A stretch of 64,000 nucleotides of DNA, taken from contig JAFTJD010000065.1 of assembly GCA_017456585.1 (NCBI GenBank), positions 626-64,625 of the forward strand, given 5' to 3'. A program made the position numbers and the translations under genes. This stretch comes from Lachnospiraceae bacterium (GTDB lineage: Bacteria; Bacillota; Clostridia; Lachnospirales; Lachnospiraceae). The notes under the pieces are model-generated. The model had not been told where the DNA came from, made no database searches, and was given only the letters and a program-made list of their open reading frames with translations. Shown here in pieces: positions 1 through 9,394 of this stretch (position 1 is the stretch's first letter; every line of letters starts with the position of its first letter).

Positions 1-10
1 ATTATCTTCC

Positions 11-1213
11 ATGACATTACCCATAGAAAAAGGCAATGTTCTCCCTGAAACCGTAGCTGTTCCTCTTACTAATGGCGGTACCGCTAATTATCGCATGGAT
101 TGGGGCAAGCTTACAGGTGCTGCCATCAGTGATAATCAGACAATTACTGCTCATGCAATGGAACACCGCTATTGCAATCCTATCATAATGCATAGAGCAG
201 ATCCTTTTATCTATCATCACACCGACGGCAACTACTATTTCGTTGCTTCATATACCGATAACGAGCATAATCTTGAGGGTACCTATCAGTATCGTAAGAT
301 TCTTCTTCGCAAGGCTGCTTCGTTAGATAATCTCGCAGATAATTCCGGCAAATATGAGGAAGTATGCGTATTCGAAAGAGAGCCTCTCTCTAATGGTGCA
401 AGCCCGCATATCTGGGCGCCTGAGATTCATTTTGTGCAGGGCAAATGGTACATATACTATACCACAACTATTTCAGAGACCAGTCCTTGGGGAATCCGCC
501 CACATGTTATGGAATGTGCCGACAGTGACCCAATTACAGGTACTTGGAAGAATCTTGGTTTGGTACAGAAGGATGACGAAAGCTCTGTAGCTTTTACAGA
601 CTTTTCACTTGACCATACAGTATTTGAGCATAAAGGGGAATTATATATGATATGGGCACAGAAATGCCCTGTTCTTTCAGACTTACTTATTGCTAAGATG
701 AGTAATCCATGGACAATCACAGGTCCTGCAGTCAAAATCACCACTCCTGAATACAACTGGGAGAAGCATGGTTTCCAGGTATGCGAAGGTCCAAGTATCT
801 TAAAGAGAAACGGTCGTATTTTCCTTGTATATTCTGCAAGCGGAACAGATGCACTTTATTGTCTTGGCATGCTTACAGCCGATGAGAATGCCGACCTCTT
901 AGATCCGGCTTCTTGGGTCAAGACTCCTTATCCTGTATTCCAGAGTTCACGAGTTAACGGACAGTTTGGACCGGGACATAACAGTTTCACAACAGATGAG
1001 GACGGCAATGATGTCATTGTTTATCACGCAAGACAGGAAGAACGTTATCTTGCAGACCCGGGCTATCAGCCACTCTATGATGCAGGCCGTAACGCTTCAG
1101 TTATGCGTTTCTTCTGGAATCCTGACGGTACACCTAACTTCTCAGTACCGCAACCTTGCGGACCTAAGGCAGACTGCTATAAAGAAATCATCGTTAATAT
1201 CGTAGTAGAATAA
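11..1213 (+). CDS. glycoside hydrolase family 43 (arabinofuranosidase/xylosidase type)
   Basis: 400-aa ORF with GH43-like blocks (ADPFIY, HIWAPEIHF, GKWYIYYT, CEGPSIL, GPGHNSF). A hairpin terminator follows. The start is close to the window edge. Confidence 0.8.
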   Translation: MTLPIEKGNVLPETVAVPLTNGGTANYRMDWGKLTGAAISDNQTITAHAMEHRYCNPIIMHRADPFIYHHTDGNYYFVASYTDNEHNLEGTYQYRKILLRKAASLDNLADNSGKYEEVCVFEREPLSNGASPHIWAPEIHFVQGKWYIYYTTTISETSPWGIRPHVMECADSDPITGTWKNLGLVQKDDESSVAFTDFSLDHTVFEHKGELYMIWAQKCPVLSDLLIAKMSNPWTITGPAVKITTPEYNWEKHGFQVCEGPSILKRNGRIFLVYSASGTDALYCLGMLTADENADLLDPASWVKTPYPVFQSSRVNGQFGPGHNSFTTDEDGNDVIVYHARQEERYLADPGYQPLYDAGRNASVMRFFWNPDGTPNFSVPQPCGPKADCYKEIIVNIVVE

Positions 1214-1231
1214 AAATTATTCAATAAAATA

Positions 1232-1273
1232 AGAACTGCTCCATAGACGATTAAACATCTATGGAGCAGTTCT
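1232..1273. terminator. bidirectional hairpin terminator between GH43 (+) and SDR (-)
   Basis: Perfect 15-nt inverted repeat agaactgctccatag / ctatggagcagttct. The T-rich tail is on the minus-strand side. Confidence 0.7.
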
Positions 1274-1306
1274 CATTTATACTATGCGAGCATTTGTCTC
1301 ATATCA

Positions 1307-2095
1307 TTAACGAACCATTGTCGCTCCACCATTTACACAAATAACCTGGCCACTGATATATCTTGAAGCATCAGATGCAAGGAATACCATAACAGGTGCA
1401 CAGTCACGCTCTGCATCTCCCATACCACCATCGATAGGATATCTTCGTTTAAGACCTGCTAAATGCATCTCTTTTACCTGCGGATCAACTGTTCTAAGCC
1501 ATTCTTCATACATAGCAGTCTTAATCGTAGGGTTAACACAGTTACAACGAACATTACTCTCAATTCCCCACTCCATAGCTATTGAACGTGTCCAGGCAAG
1601 TACAGCCCCCTTAGATGCAGCATACATTGCACCATTTGGCATACCACTAAGGGCAACATCTGAAGAATAGTTAATGATGGAACCTTCAACACCATTTGCC
1701 TTAAAAATCTTATACGCTGCTTGATTAGTATAAACTGTACCATACATATTGACATCCATAAGAAACTGCATCTGACCAAGCTCATAGCTTTCAGCAGCAC
1801 AGTTAGCTTCTACACCTGCAACATTAGCAAGAACATCTAATCCACCAAGAATATCTACAGCATTAGCAAAGAATTCATCTACAGCTGATTTATCAGCAAT
1901 ATCACAACGCATATAAGTCGCATGACCTGTAACACCCGGTTGAGCATTTACTGCTTCTTCAGTAGCTTTACCTCTTTCATCATTAGTTCCGCAGAACACT
2001 ACCTTAGCACCTTCTTTAACATAAAGCTTTACGGTTGCAGCTCCGATTCCTTTAGTACCACCTGTTACAATAATTCTTTTGTTTTCAAGTTGCAT
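1307..2095 (-). CDS. SDR-family oxidoreductase
   Basis: 262 aa with TGGTKGIGAA Rossmann motif, NVAG, and catalytic YAASK. Confidence 0.85.
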   Translation of the reverse strand: MQLENKRIIVTGGTKGIGAATVKLYVKEGAKVVFCGTNDERGKATEEAVNAQPGVTGHATYMRCDIADKSAVDEFFANAVDILGGLDVLANVAGVEANCAAESYELGQMQFLMDVNMYGTVYTNQAAYKIFKANGVEGSIINYSSDVALSGMPNGAMYAASKGAVLAWTRSIAMEWGIESNVRCNCVNPTIKTAMYEEWLRTVDPQVKEMHLAGLKRRYPIDGGMGDAERDCAPVMVFLASDASRYISGQVICVNGGATMVR

Positions 2096-2221
2096 TTACA
2101 ATTCCACCTTTCTTTGATATAATAACGAAAATATCTTTGTTTTCATTACTATTTTAAATTAAATCAATCGTAATGTAAACCGAATGTTACAAAACTGACA
2201 CAAAACGAGGTTAATTGTATC

Positions 2222-2764
2222 ATGGAAAACAGTTTGACAATAAATAAGATCGTTTGCGAATCAATATCTCTTGCGCTCGTTCAGCTCATGAATAAAAAAC
2301 CATTCAACCAAATTACTATTAGCGAAATTACAAAAACAGCAGGCGTTGGAAGGAGTAGCTTCTATCGCAATTTTGACAGTAAAGAACAGATTTTATTAAG
2401 CTATATCCATAACCTTTATGGTGATTTTTTTAGTGCCAAGGATATATTATCTGTTTATCCAAAACAGACTGATCTTGAGCACTTCCTTATTCCCCGCTTC
2501 CGTTTCATAAAGAAACATAAGGATTTTTTTATTGCACTTAGAAAAAATAATCTTCTCTATTATATTTTCGAACAAATGGAGCCGGAACTCATCCTGCTTC
2601 TCTGCGGTCAAGACAATTCTCTTTCCAAATATTATTGCTCCATGTTTTCAGGCTCATGTGCCAGCATCGTACGCTTATGGATTGATACCGACTTCAAAGA
2701 AACAGAAGAAGAGATGGCCGCAATATTTGCAAACCATCCCTTAAGCACATTATATTCTAATTAA
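2222..2764 (+). CDS. TetR/AcrR-family transcriptional regulator
   Basis: N-terminal HTH ITISEITKTAGVGRSSFYRNF. Divergent from the SDR gene. Confidence 0.85.
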   Translation: MENSLTINKIVCESISLALVQLMNKKPFNQITISEITKTAGVGRSSFYRNFDSKEQILLSYIHNLYGDFFSAKDILSVYPKQTDLEHFLIPRFRFIKKHKDFFIALRKNNLLYYIFEQMEPELILLLCGQDNSLSKYYCSMFSGSCASIVRLWIDTDFKETEEEMAAIFANHPLSTLYSN

Positions 2765-3689
2765 CTTTATTCTTAGGATTACCCTCATTAAACGAACGGA
2801 TATTATCCATAACGATACCGATAAGACGCTGTCTTGTTTCAATAGGTGCCCATGCCACATGCGGAGTGAATGTAATACCTTTGACTCCATACAGTTTGCA
2901 GTCTTTAGGCATAGGTTCTGTTGCAAGTACATCAATAGCCGCTCCCGAGAGCTTACCACTCTCAAGTGCCCACACAAGGTCTTCATCTACTACGACTCCG
3001 CCTCTTGCTGTGTTTACAAAATACGCTCCATCTTTGAATTTCTCAAATGTCCTACGGTTAAACATGCCTGCCGATTCTTCATTAAGTGGGCAGTGTACCG
3101 TAACTATATCTGATTCGTGAAGAAGCTTCTCCCATTCTTCTTTCGCGGACTTTCTTGTATATGGTATAACCTTCATATTAAAGGCTTCGGCTATCTTTGC
3201 GACCTCTTTGCCTATAGTTCCATATCCTACTATACCGATAGTTTTACCCATAAGCTCATGCATTGGATATGTAAATGCAGAAAACGTCTCGCATTTTTGC
3301 CATTCGCCATCTGCTACATATTTTTCATATTTACTTATACTATTGTAATGATTAAGTATAAGTGCAAATGTATGCTGTGCTACCGCAGCAGTTGAATAAC
3401 TTCCGGCATTAGCCACAACTATTCCTCTTTTGGCACAGTAATCAACATCTATATTGTTATACCCTGTAGCAAAAAGCCCAATGAATTTAAGCTTCTTGGC
3501 ATCCTTAAGATTGCTCTCATTAAGAACCACTTTATTACAAAGGATATATTCTACATCAGCTATTCTCTCAGCAACGCACTCTGCCGGCGTCAAATCATAT
3601 ACTATAAGCTCTCCAAGCTCAGCAAAAACCGACAAATCCACATTACCTTCCGATATAGTCTTTCCATCCAATATTGCTATTTTTCCCAT
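2757..3689 (-). CDS. D-isomer-specific 2-hydroxyacid dehydrogenase
   Basis: GIVGYGTIGKEV NAD motif, NTARGGVVD, TPHVAW. Start placed at ATG 3689 (MGKIAIL) with a purine-rich RBS-like tract; the track ORF extends 24 codons further. Confidence 0.85.
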   Translation of the reverse strand: MGKIAILDGKTISEGNVDLSVFAELGELIVYDLTPAECVAERIADVEYILCNKVVLNESNLKDAKKLKFIGLFATGYNNIDVDYCAKRGIVVANAGSYSTAAVAQHTFALILNHYNSISKYEKYVADGEWQKCETFSAFTYPMHELMGKTIGIVGYGTIGKEVAKIAEAFNMKVIPYTRKSAKEEWEKLLHESDIVTVHCPLNEESAGMFNRRTFEKFKDGAYFVNTARGGVVVDEDLVWALESGKLSGAAIDVLATEPMPKDCKLYGVKGITFTPHVAWAPIETRQRLIGIVMDNIRSFNEGNPKNKVN

Positions 3690-3778
3690 TGTGTTACTCT
3701 CTTTCCAATCTGATATATTTCCCTTATATTTGCTGTAAATCAAATATCTATAATAGGTCATCTCATACGATATATCTG

Positions 3779-4783
3779 TTATCTACCATGTTCCGCAAAA
3801 AACTCAGGTATCTCTTTACCTCTCCACTCATGTCCTCCATCATGGATTACGTGAAGCAACTTATCTTCTGCTCCCAGAAGCTTGTAAGCCTTTCTTGTCG
3901 TTTCAACCTGTGGCATGACATTATTAAGAAGATTGGCTCCCGCAAGCGGGTCTTTCTCTCCGCTTTCAATAAGAAATGGTCTTGGTGCGATGAGTGCACC
4001 AATATCTCCCATATCTGCCACTTTCCAAATATTGGGCACAAAATTACATGAGCAGTTCTGCGGAAGCATTAACAATGCCTCTTTCATTCCATAGAAATAT
4101 CCGCTTGTAGCACCCGCTGCTATCCTGTCATCAAGTGCCGTAAGCCATAATGCCTGCTGTCCGCCTCCCGACATTCCCATGCACATAATCCTATCAGAAT
4201 CCACATGCCGAAGCGTAGTCAGATAATCAACAAGTCTCATAAGGTCCCATATAGAAAGTCCCAGTGTAGTCATACCAAAGCCTAATGCCATCTGATTTAA
4301 CTCACGATGCGAATTAGCTCTTTCCATGCCTTCTTTTTGTTCCGGAAATTCTCTTCTTTCACCGCAACCGCGCTGATCCGGACACACAAGATTATAACCC
4401 TTGTCAAGCATCATGGTTATATAAGCAGGCGGTAGTGCCCATTCCTTGCCTCCTCCATGTCCATGTGGCACAACTATGGTAGGCACAGGCTCCTTGCTAA
4501 CACCTCTTTTGTAATAATAAAATGGCATTATAATTCCCGGTTCGGTTTCAATAGTCCATGTCTCCCTTGTATATGCTCCAAATGCCTCAGTCTCTACCAT
4601 ACGCGGGTTAAATGCTTCCGGCATTTCACACCACTCAAGCCCTATACAATCTATAAGTGCCTGCTTGGTATCTGTTTTCCATTCATTATATTCAAGCAGA
4701 TTGTCTGCATGAAAAGCACATTTCTGTCCAAATCTGTCATATAGCATTGCCATTCTTTCAAGACTTGTATAAAACATAGACAT
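3779..4783 (-). CDS. alpha/beta hydrolase (putative carbohydrate esterase)
   Basis: 334 aa with GMSGGG nucleophile elbow, PHGHGGG, and C-terminal HDGGHEW. Substrate unknown. Confidence 0.65.
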   Translation of the reverse strand: MSMFYTSLERMAMLYDRFGQKCAFHADNLLEYNEWKTDTKQALIDCIGLEWCEMPEAFNPRMVETEAFGAYTRETWTIETEPGIIMPFYYYKRGVSKEPVPTIVVPHGHGGGKEWALPPAYITMMLDKGYNLVCPDQRGCGERREFPEQKEGMERANSHRELNQMALGFGMTTLGLSIWDLMRLVDYLTTLRHVDSDRIMCMGMSGGGQQALWLTALDDRIAAGATSGYFYGMKEALLMLPQNCSCNFVPNIWKVADMGDIGALIAPRPFLIESGEKDPLAGANLLNNVMPQVETTRKAYKLLGAEDKLLHVIHDGGHEWRGKEIPEFFAEHGR

Positions 4784-4841
4784 CTCCTCCTATATACTAA
4801 TAATTTTAAGGCGTTTACGAAACTGCCACCTTATAATATTT

Positions 4842-4868
4842 GAAATTCGCCTTATTGGGGCGAATTTC
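4842..4868 (-). terminator. hairpin downstream of the nitroreductase gene
   Basis: gaaattcgcc / ggcgaatttc inverted repeat just after the stop at 4875. The U-tract is modest. Confidence 0.5.
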
Positions 4869-4874
4869 TGACGT

Positions 4875-5447
4875 TTATTTAATTATAAGCTCCTCAAGAC
4901 TTCTCTTAGGTACGTAGTGCACCATATTCTCATCTCGGTAATATGTAGTTGCACCGCTCTCGGGTACATCAACGATTCTGATATCTTCCTTAGGTTCTCC
5001 GATAGCAATCATAAGGTCGATTGTATATCTTTCAGTATCAATATTCATAATCTTGGCAATCTCTGTTCTCTTGATATTGCCAAGCATTATACCACCGAAG
5101 CCTTTTTCTACCGCACCGAGCAACATAGTCTGAGCTGCAATTCCTACGTCGGTCTGCTTATTCTTACCTATAGTAAGATCGCAAAGCACGATTATGTATC
5201 CTGTCGGTCTTTCTCCTTCTACCGGGCCATCCCAATCCGGTAATGCACCCGCCCAACCTATTGTTTCAAAAAGCTCGGCACATTTTTCCTTATCACACAC
5301 CGGCATAAATTTAAGTGCCTGTGCATTTGCACCACATGGAACGATTCTTGCAAGTCCAATAAGCTCCTCTAAATTCTTCATTCCTACTTCAACGTCCTGA
5401 TTAAAACGACGATATGAACGGTTCTTTGCAACTAAATCCTTTAACAT
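4875..5447 (-). CDS. nitroreductase-family protein
   Basis: NRSYRRF start region and nitroreductase-like body. Start set at ATG 5447, preceded by GAGGAG. Confidence 0.75.
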   Translation of the reverse strand: MLKDLVAKNRSYRRFNQDVEVGMKNLEELIGLARIVPCGANAQALKFMPVCDKEKCAELFETIGWAGALPDWDGPVEGERPTGYIIVLCDLTIGKNKQTDVGIAAQTMLLGAVEKGFGGIMLGNIKRTEIAKIMNIDTERYTIDLMIAIGEPKEDIRIVDVPESGATTYYRDENMVHYVPKRSLEELIIK

Positions 5448-5515
5448 CTTTTTCTCCTCTCTATCATATAACTCGATAAACATTTGCGAAATCATATTAC
5501 AAATATGAAAAACGC

Positions 5516-6691
5516 TTAAACCTCTGCCATATACAGACATGGTTTACCTTCTAAGTCAGTTGTAAATATAACATGCTTGCTATCCTTTGTAAAGAACGGA
5601 TGCGGATGAGTGTCCTGTGAATTACCATATATCGCTCTCCACGAGCTACCATGGTAGCAGAGTTTAATCTCTTTTCGTGCTTCTACATCCACGATATAAA
5701 TAAAATCGTTCTTAACCTCGCCCGTACGGTCCTTCTCCTTTGAATGGTCAAGCATATGTATCGGAACATCGTGTCCCTGTGAATCTCCCACCATATATTT
5801 ACCGCTAGGTGCCACATTGAAATGTGCATATGGCGAACAGTTCATAAATACCTCTTCTTTCATGGTACTCATAGGAATCATGCGAATATTTTCTTCCATC
5901 TTACCTGTGGTCTCCTTATACACATAAGCCACACTCTCTCCGTCCGGCATCCATATCTCATGTGTAATAATGAGGTCTGACGGCTGTTCCCTCAAGCAGG
6001 TAAGTCCTGTTCCGTCGATATTAATACACCATAATCTCGCATCTATCAAATCATATGGTCCTTCATGGCAGAAAAGAATCTTATCTCCATATATAGGTCT
6101 TATCTGCGTATGCCCAAGCCAGCATCTTTCTTCATGTATAATACGGCTTGTACCTTTTTCCATATCAATATATACAATTCTGCAAAGTGGTTTCGCAAGA
6201 CAGTTCTCAGCAAATGCATCCCAGTTGCCGCCAACCTTGCGTTTGGCTGTAGTGTCCTTTCTGGTTTCTACGATAGACATATATTTATAATCACTGCTTG
6301 GTCCCAAATCTCCACCCGCAGACCAGCCTTCAGGAGTCTCGTAGAAGCATTCCTCTTCTCCTGTATCAAGGTCCTGCTTCATAAATCGCTCGCCCTGTCT
6401 GTAGATAAGATATCTGTCATCAGCAGTAATCATACCACTATAATCAGCCACACCGGTTCCTTCTGTCATCTGAACGGCATCGCCTGTCTCTATATCCATA
6501 AGATACAGCTGACGTTCTCCGTTAAGTTCTGCACTATACAGAAGCTTCTTGCCATCACTTGTCATCATATTATTGTAAAAGTACATATGATGACTTACAT
6601 GATCCGGCTCGGTAAGTCTTGTAACATTAGTTCCTGTATAGGTATCTTTATATGTATGAAATTGATTCTTTATAATATCTCTTTTTGCCAT
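5516..6691 (-). CDS. ogl: oligogalacturonate lyase (PL22)
   Basis: 391 aa, collinear by recall with enterobacterial Ogl: N-terminal FHTYKD..TG..VTRLT, central WLGH..RP...FCHEGP.DL.DARLW, C-terminal THPHP.FT.D.KH..FT.D.EGKP.LY.A.V. Confidence 0.85.
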   Translation of the reverse strand: MAKRDIIKNQFHTYKDTYTGTNVTRLTEPDHVSHHMYFYNNMMTSDGKKLLYSAELNGERQLYLMDIETGDAVQMTEGTGVADYSGMITADDRYLIYRQGERFMKQDLDTGEEECFYETPEGWSAGGDLGPSSDYKYMSIVETRKDTTAKRKVGGNWDAFAENCLAKPLCRIVYIDMEKGTSRIIHEERCWLGHTQIRPIYGDKILFCHEGPYDLIDARLWCINIDGTGLTCLREQPSDLIITHEIWMPDGESVAYVYKETTGKMEENIRMIPMSTMKEEVFMNCSPYAHFNVAPSGKYMVGDSQGHDVPIHMLDHSKEKDRTGEVKNDFIYIVDVEARKEIKLCYHGSSWRAIYGNSQDTHPHPFFTKDSKHVIFTTDLEGKPCLYMAEV

Positions 6692-6704
6692 ATTTCTCTT
6701 CCTT

Positions 6705-7466
6705 CTATAATGTTCCTGATAAGACTTTTTCTATAGTGTCTATTAATCTGGTTTGGTCTATTGGCTTAAGCAAATATCCGGATGGTTTCAATTTAAGCAC
6801 AGCTTCAATATGTGCCCTGTCTGTTACTGCCGTCAAAAATACAACCTTAACATCTTTAAGTTCATCATCCTTAAGGATTTCTTCAAGAGTTCTCTTGCCA
6901 TCCCAATCCGGCATTTCATAATCGAGAAGTATAAGGTCCGGAAGCTTCTTCTTAGCCTGTTTAATTGCAGCCATTCCGGAAGTTGCTACAGATACATCGT
7001 ATTTTTTATCAAGCATTCCTTTTACACTTCTTAAAAGTATTCCACTGTCGTCTACTGCAAGAATAGACTTAAGGCCTTCTTTTTCCTTCTCTGCAGTAAC
7101 AGTGTCATTCATTCTAAGAAGCTTAAAACACTTATTCATTATTACCGACAATGTTGTAGGTCTAACTGCATAATCAAACTGTTCGGTATCATAAGTTTTC
7201 TGGAAATATCTGCACTCCTCTAAAGTTCCCACAAGAAGCACCGGTATTTTGGAATATTTTTCTTTCAAGAAATCGAGAATATTTTGGTCAAGCTTACCTA
7301 CTCCCACCATAGAAACCATTACTAAATCCGGGTCGAATACCTTTAACATACCCTTCATCAATTCAAGGTCATCCTTACATATCTGGGTCTGAAATCTTGT
7401 TGACAATTGTTTGTTGATACTGCTGACTGTCTGATTCAAATCTCCTAATAAAAGTACCTTTTTCAT
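6705..7466 (-). CDS. orphan response regulator, pseudo-receiver plus canonical receiver, no output domain
   Basis: The C-terminal half has VDDS...DLILLDYEMPDWDG...FLTAV...KP. The N-terminal half is REC-like but carries GD and S at the acidic and phospho-acceptor positions. Start at ATG 7466 after GGGAGGA. Confidence 0.75.
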   Translation of the reverse strand: MKKVLLLGDLNQTVSSINKQLSTRFQTQICKDDLELMKGMLKVFDPDLVMVSMVGVGKLDQNILDFLKEKYSKIPVLLVGTLEECRYFQKTYDTEQFDYAVRPTTLSVIMNKCFKLLRMNDTVTAEKEKEGLKSILAVDDSGILLRSVKGMLDKKYDVSVATSGMAAIKQAKKKLPDLILLDYEMPDWDGKRTLEEILKDDELKDVKVVFLTAVTDRAHIEAVLKLKPSGYLLKPIDQTRLIDTIEKVLSGTL

Positions 7467-7663
7467 AGCTATCCTCCCAAAATTATAATAATTTTTCTCT
7501 TCTAATAGTGATGCTGCATGTTCAGCAATTATCATACTTTCAACATGCTAATCTATATCTATCATTATACTTAAAATCTGTCATTTATTCAATATTAATC
7601 TAATTGTTTTTACAATTAAGTTATGATATAATCATTTTGAAAATGAGGTAAAGGAGAATTATC

Positions 7664-8386
7664 ATGAATACTAAAAAAATATACTGGGCAGGCGATTCTA
7701 CCGTCAAAAAGAACAACATATCTACATATCCTCAGACAGGAATTGGCCAGATGCTCCCCATGTATCTAAAAAATGAGGTCACAATCTGTAATCATGCAGA
7801 AAATGCAAGAAGCACCAAGTCTTTTATTGCTGAAGGCAGACTTGATGCTATACTTACTGAGCTTAACGCAGGTGATTATTTATTTATACAGTTTGGTCAC
7901 AATGACTGGAACGAGAAGCCTGAACGTCATACGGTAGCCTTTGGAGATTATCAGGATAACCTTAGATTTTTTATTAATAAAGCACGTGAAAAAGGAGCTT
8001 TTCCTGTACTCATAACTCCTGTATACATGCGCGAATATGACGAATCAGGTGTCCTTAAAGAGAAAGTTCATTTCGACTATCCGGATGCAATGCTTGCTGT
8101 AGGCAAGGAAACCAACACTCCTTGCATCGACTTATGTCAGAAAAGCTACGAAGCCATCAAGAATGCCGGCTCTGAATTTTCCAAAAACTGGTTTATGAAT
8201 CTTCCGGCCGATCTTTACCGCACTGCACCTGACGGAAAGGTTGATAATGCACATCTTAGATACGAAGGTGCTGTAGTTATGGCGGGACTTGTTGCAGAGG
8301 GTCTGTATGAGCTTGGCGAACATTACCGCGAGCTTTTAATCTCTACTGAACATACCCCTGTTTGTATTTATGCTAAAAACCAATAG
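7664..8386 (+). CDS. SGNH/GDSL hydrolase, rhamnogalacturonan acetylesterase-like (CE12)
   Basis: IYWAGDSTV block I, FGHND block, DNAH catalytic end. 240 aa, the size of RhgT-type enzymes. Confidence 0.75.
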   Translation: MNTKKIYWAGDSTVKKNNISTYPQTGIGQMLPMYLKNEVTICNHAENARSTKSFIAEGRLDAILTELNAGDYLFIQFGHNDWNEKPERHTVAFGDYQDNLRFFINKAREKGAFPVLITPVYMREYDESGVLKEKVHFDYPDAMLAVGKETNTPCIDLCQKSYEAIKNAGSEFSKNWFMNLPADLYRTAPDGKVDNAHLRYEGAVVMAGLVAEGLYELGEHYRELLISTEHTPVCIYAKNQ

Positions 8387-8414
8387 TGATTCATTACGAA
8401 GTGATTTACATTTA

Positions 8415-9275
8415 TTACCGATTTGACACAGACTTTCTATATCCTCCGGGAGTACATCCCTTGAATGATCTAAAGGTTTTAGAAAAATAGCTAAAGCTGT
8501 TAAATCCGCATTGTAACGCAATCTCGCCAATTGGCAGGTTGCTAGCAAGAAGCATGCGACAACTGTTTTCAATTCGCACTCTAAGCAGATATTCGAAGGG
8601 GGTCATATGCATAATTTCCGAAAATCGTCTGCAAAAATATCCACGGCTCATATTAGTTCTCGCGGCTATATCCTCAAGAGTTAGCTGCGAAGCATATTCC
8701 TCGTGAATATATGCAAAGACTTTTTTCATACCCTCAACCGTGTCATCAATAATATTCTCGCTTTGCCTGCTACCGTTAGCAAAGCACAACTGCCATGCCT
8801 CCATAAGCATGGCTTTTATTTTGAGTTCATAGCCTATATTGGCATTAATATACTCAAGGTGAACCGCTTCCAACAAGTCAACAACTTCCTTCTGCCACGA
8901 TATACTCGTACTATAAGTCTCCCCGAAATGTATCTTCTTATTAATCACCGGCATAACATACTTATTCATTATCAGATCATCGCCAAAGCTTCCAAATAGC
9001 TCCGGCGAAAATACTATGGCATAAAATACCGTTTCCTCTTCATCTATATTAAGTCCTACATGAAGTGCCTCGGAATTAATAAATATGGCATCGCCTTCGC
9101 TAATTACATATTCCACATCATCAATATAAAGCTTTCCACTTCCCTTTTTCATAATAAGAAATTCAAACTCCCTATGTAAATGCGGGTACAGCGAGAAGCC
9201 TTGCTCGCACACCGTATCATGCACACCTACCGGAAATTCTTTTGAACCATGCTCCAGATTCTCATAATAGTTCAT
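8415..9275 (-). CDS. AraC-family transcriptional regulator (cupin plus HTH)
   Basis: C-terminal double HTH (LTLEDIAARTNMSRGYFCRRF ... IGEIALQCGFNSFSYFSKTF). Divergent from the GH31 gene. Confidence 0.85.
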   Translation of the reverse strand: MNYYENLEHGSKEFPVGVHDTVCEQGFSLYPHLHREFEFLIMKKGSGKLYIDDVEYVISEGDAIFINSEALHVGLNIDEEETVFYAIVFSPELFGSFGDDLIMNKYVMPVINKKIHFGETYSTSISWQKEVVDLLEAVHLEYINANIGYELKIKAMLMEAWQLCFANGSRQSENIIDDTVEGMKKVFAYIHEEYASQLTLEDIAARTNMSRGYFCRRFSEIMHMTPFEYLLRVRIENSCRMLLASNLPIGEIALQCGFNSFSYFSKTFRSFKGCTPGGYRKSVSNR

Positions 9276-9394
9276 ATTACCACCTCATGTCAATATATTT
9301 ACAATTTATATTAAAATAGTTACAGAAATATCATGTTTATAATGCTATAATAATTATATAATTATATTTTCCCGATATCAAGGAGGAATATCCC

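Noticed and set aside
2096-2221. Possible TetR operator (tgtaa-N8-ttaca) in the SDR/TetR divergent region
   Set aside because: Only 5-bp arms in AT-rich DNA, which is not distinguishable from chance without comparative data.
2757-3761. N-terminal extensions of several track ORFs (2757-3761, 4875-5540, 6705-7535, 19618-20202, 25019-25534, 34131-35645, 45735-48140, 48097-48891, 51149-52966, 52908-54761, 54913-56019, 56004-56753)
   Set aside because: In each case an internal ATG with a good Shine-Dalgarno sequence matches the conserved N-terminus of the family. The longer forms overlap the upstream gene or start at GTG/TTG without an RBS.
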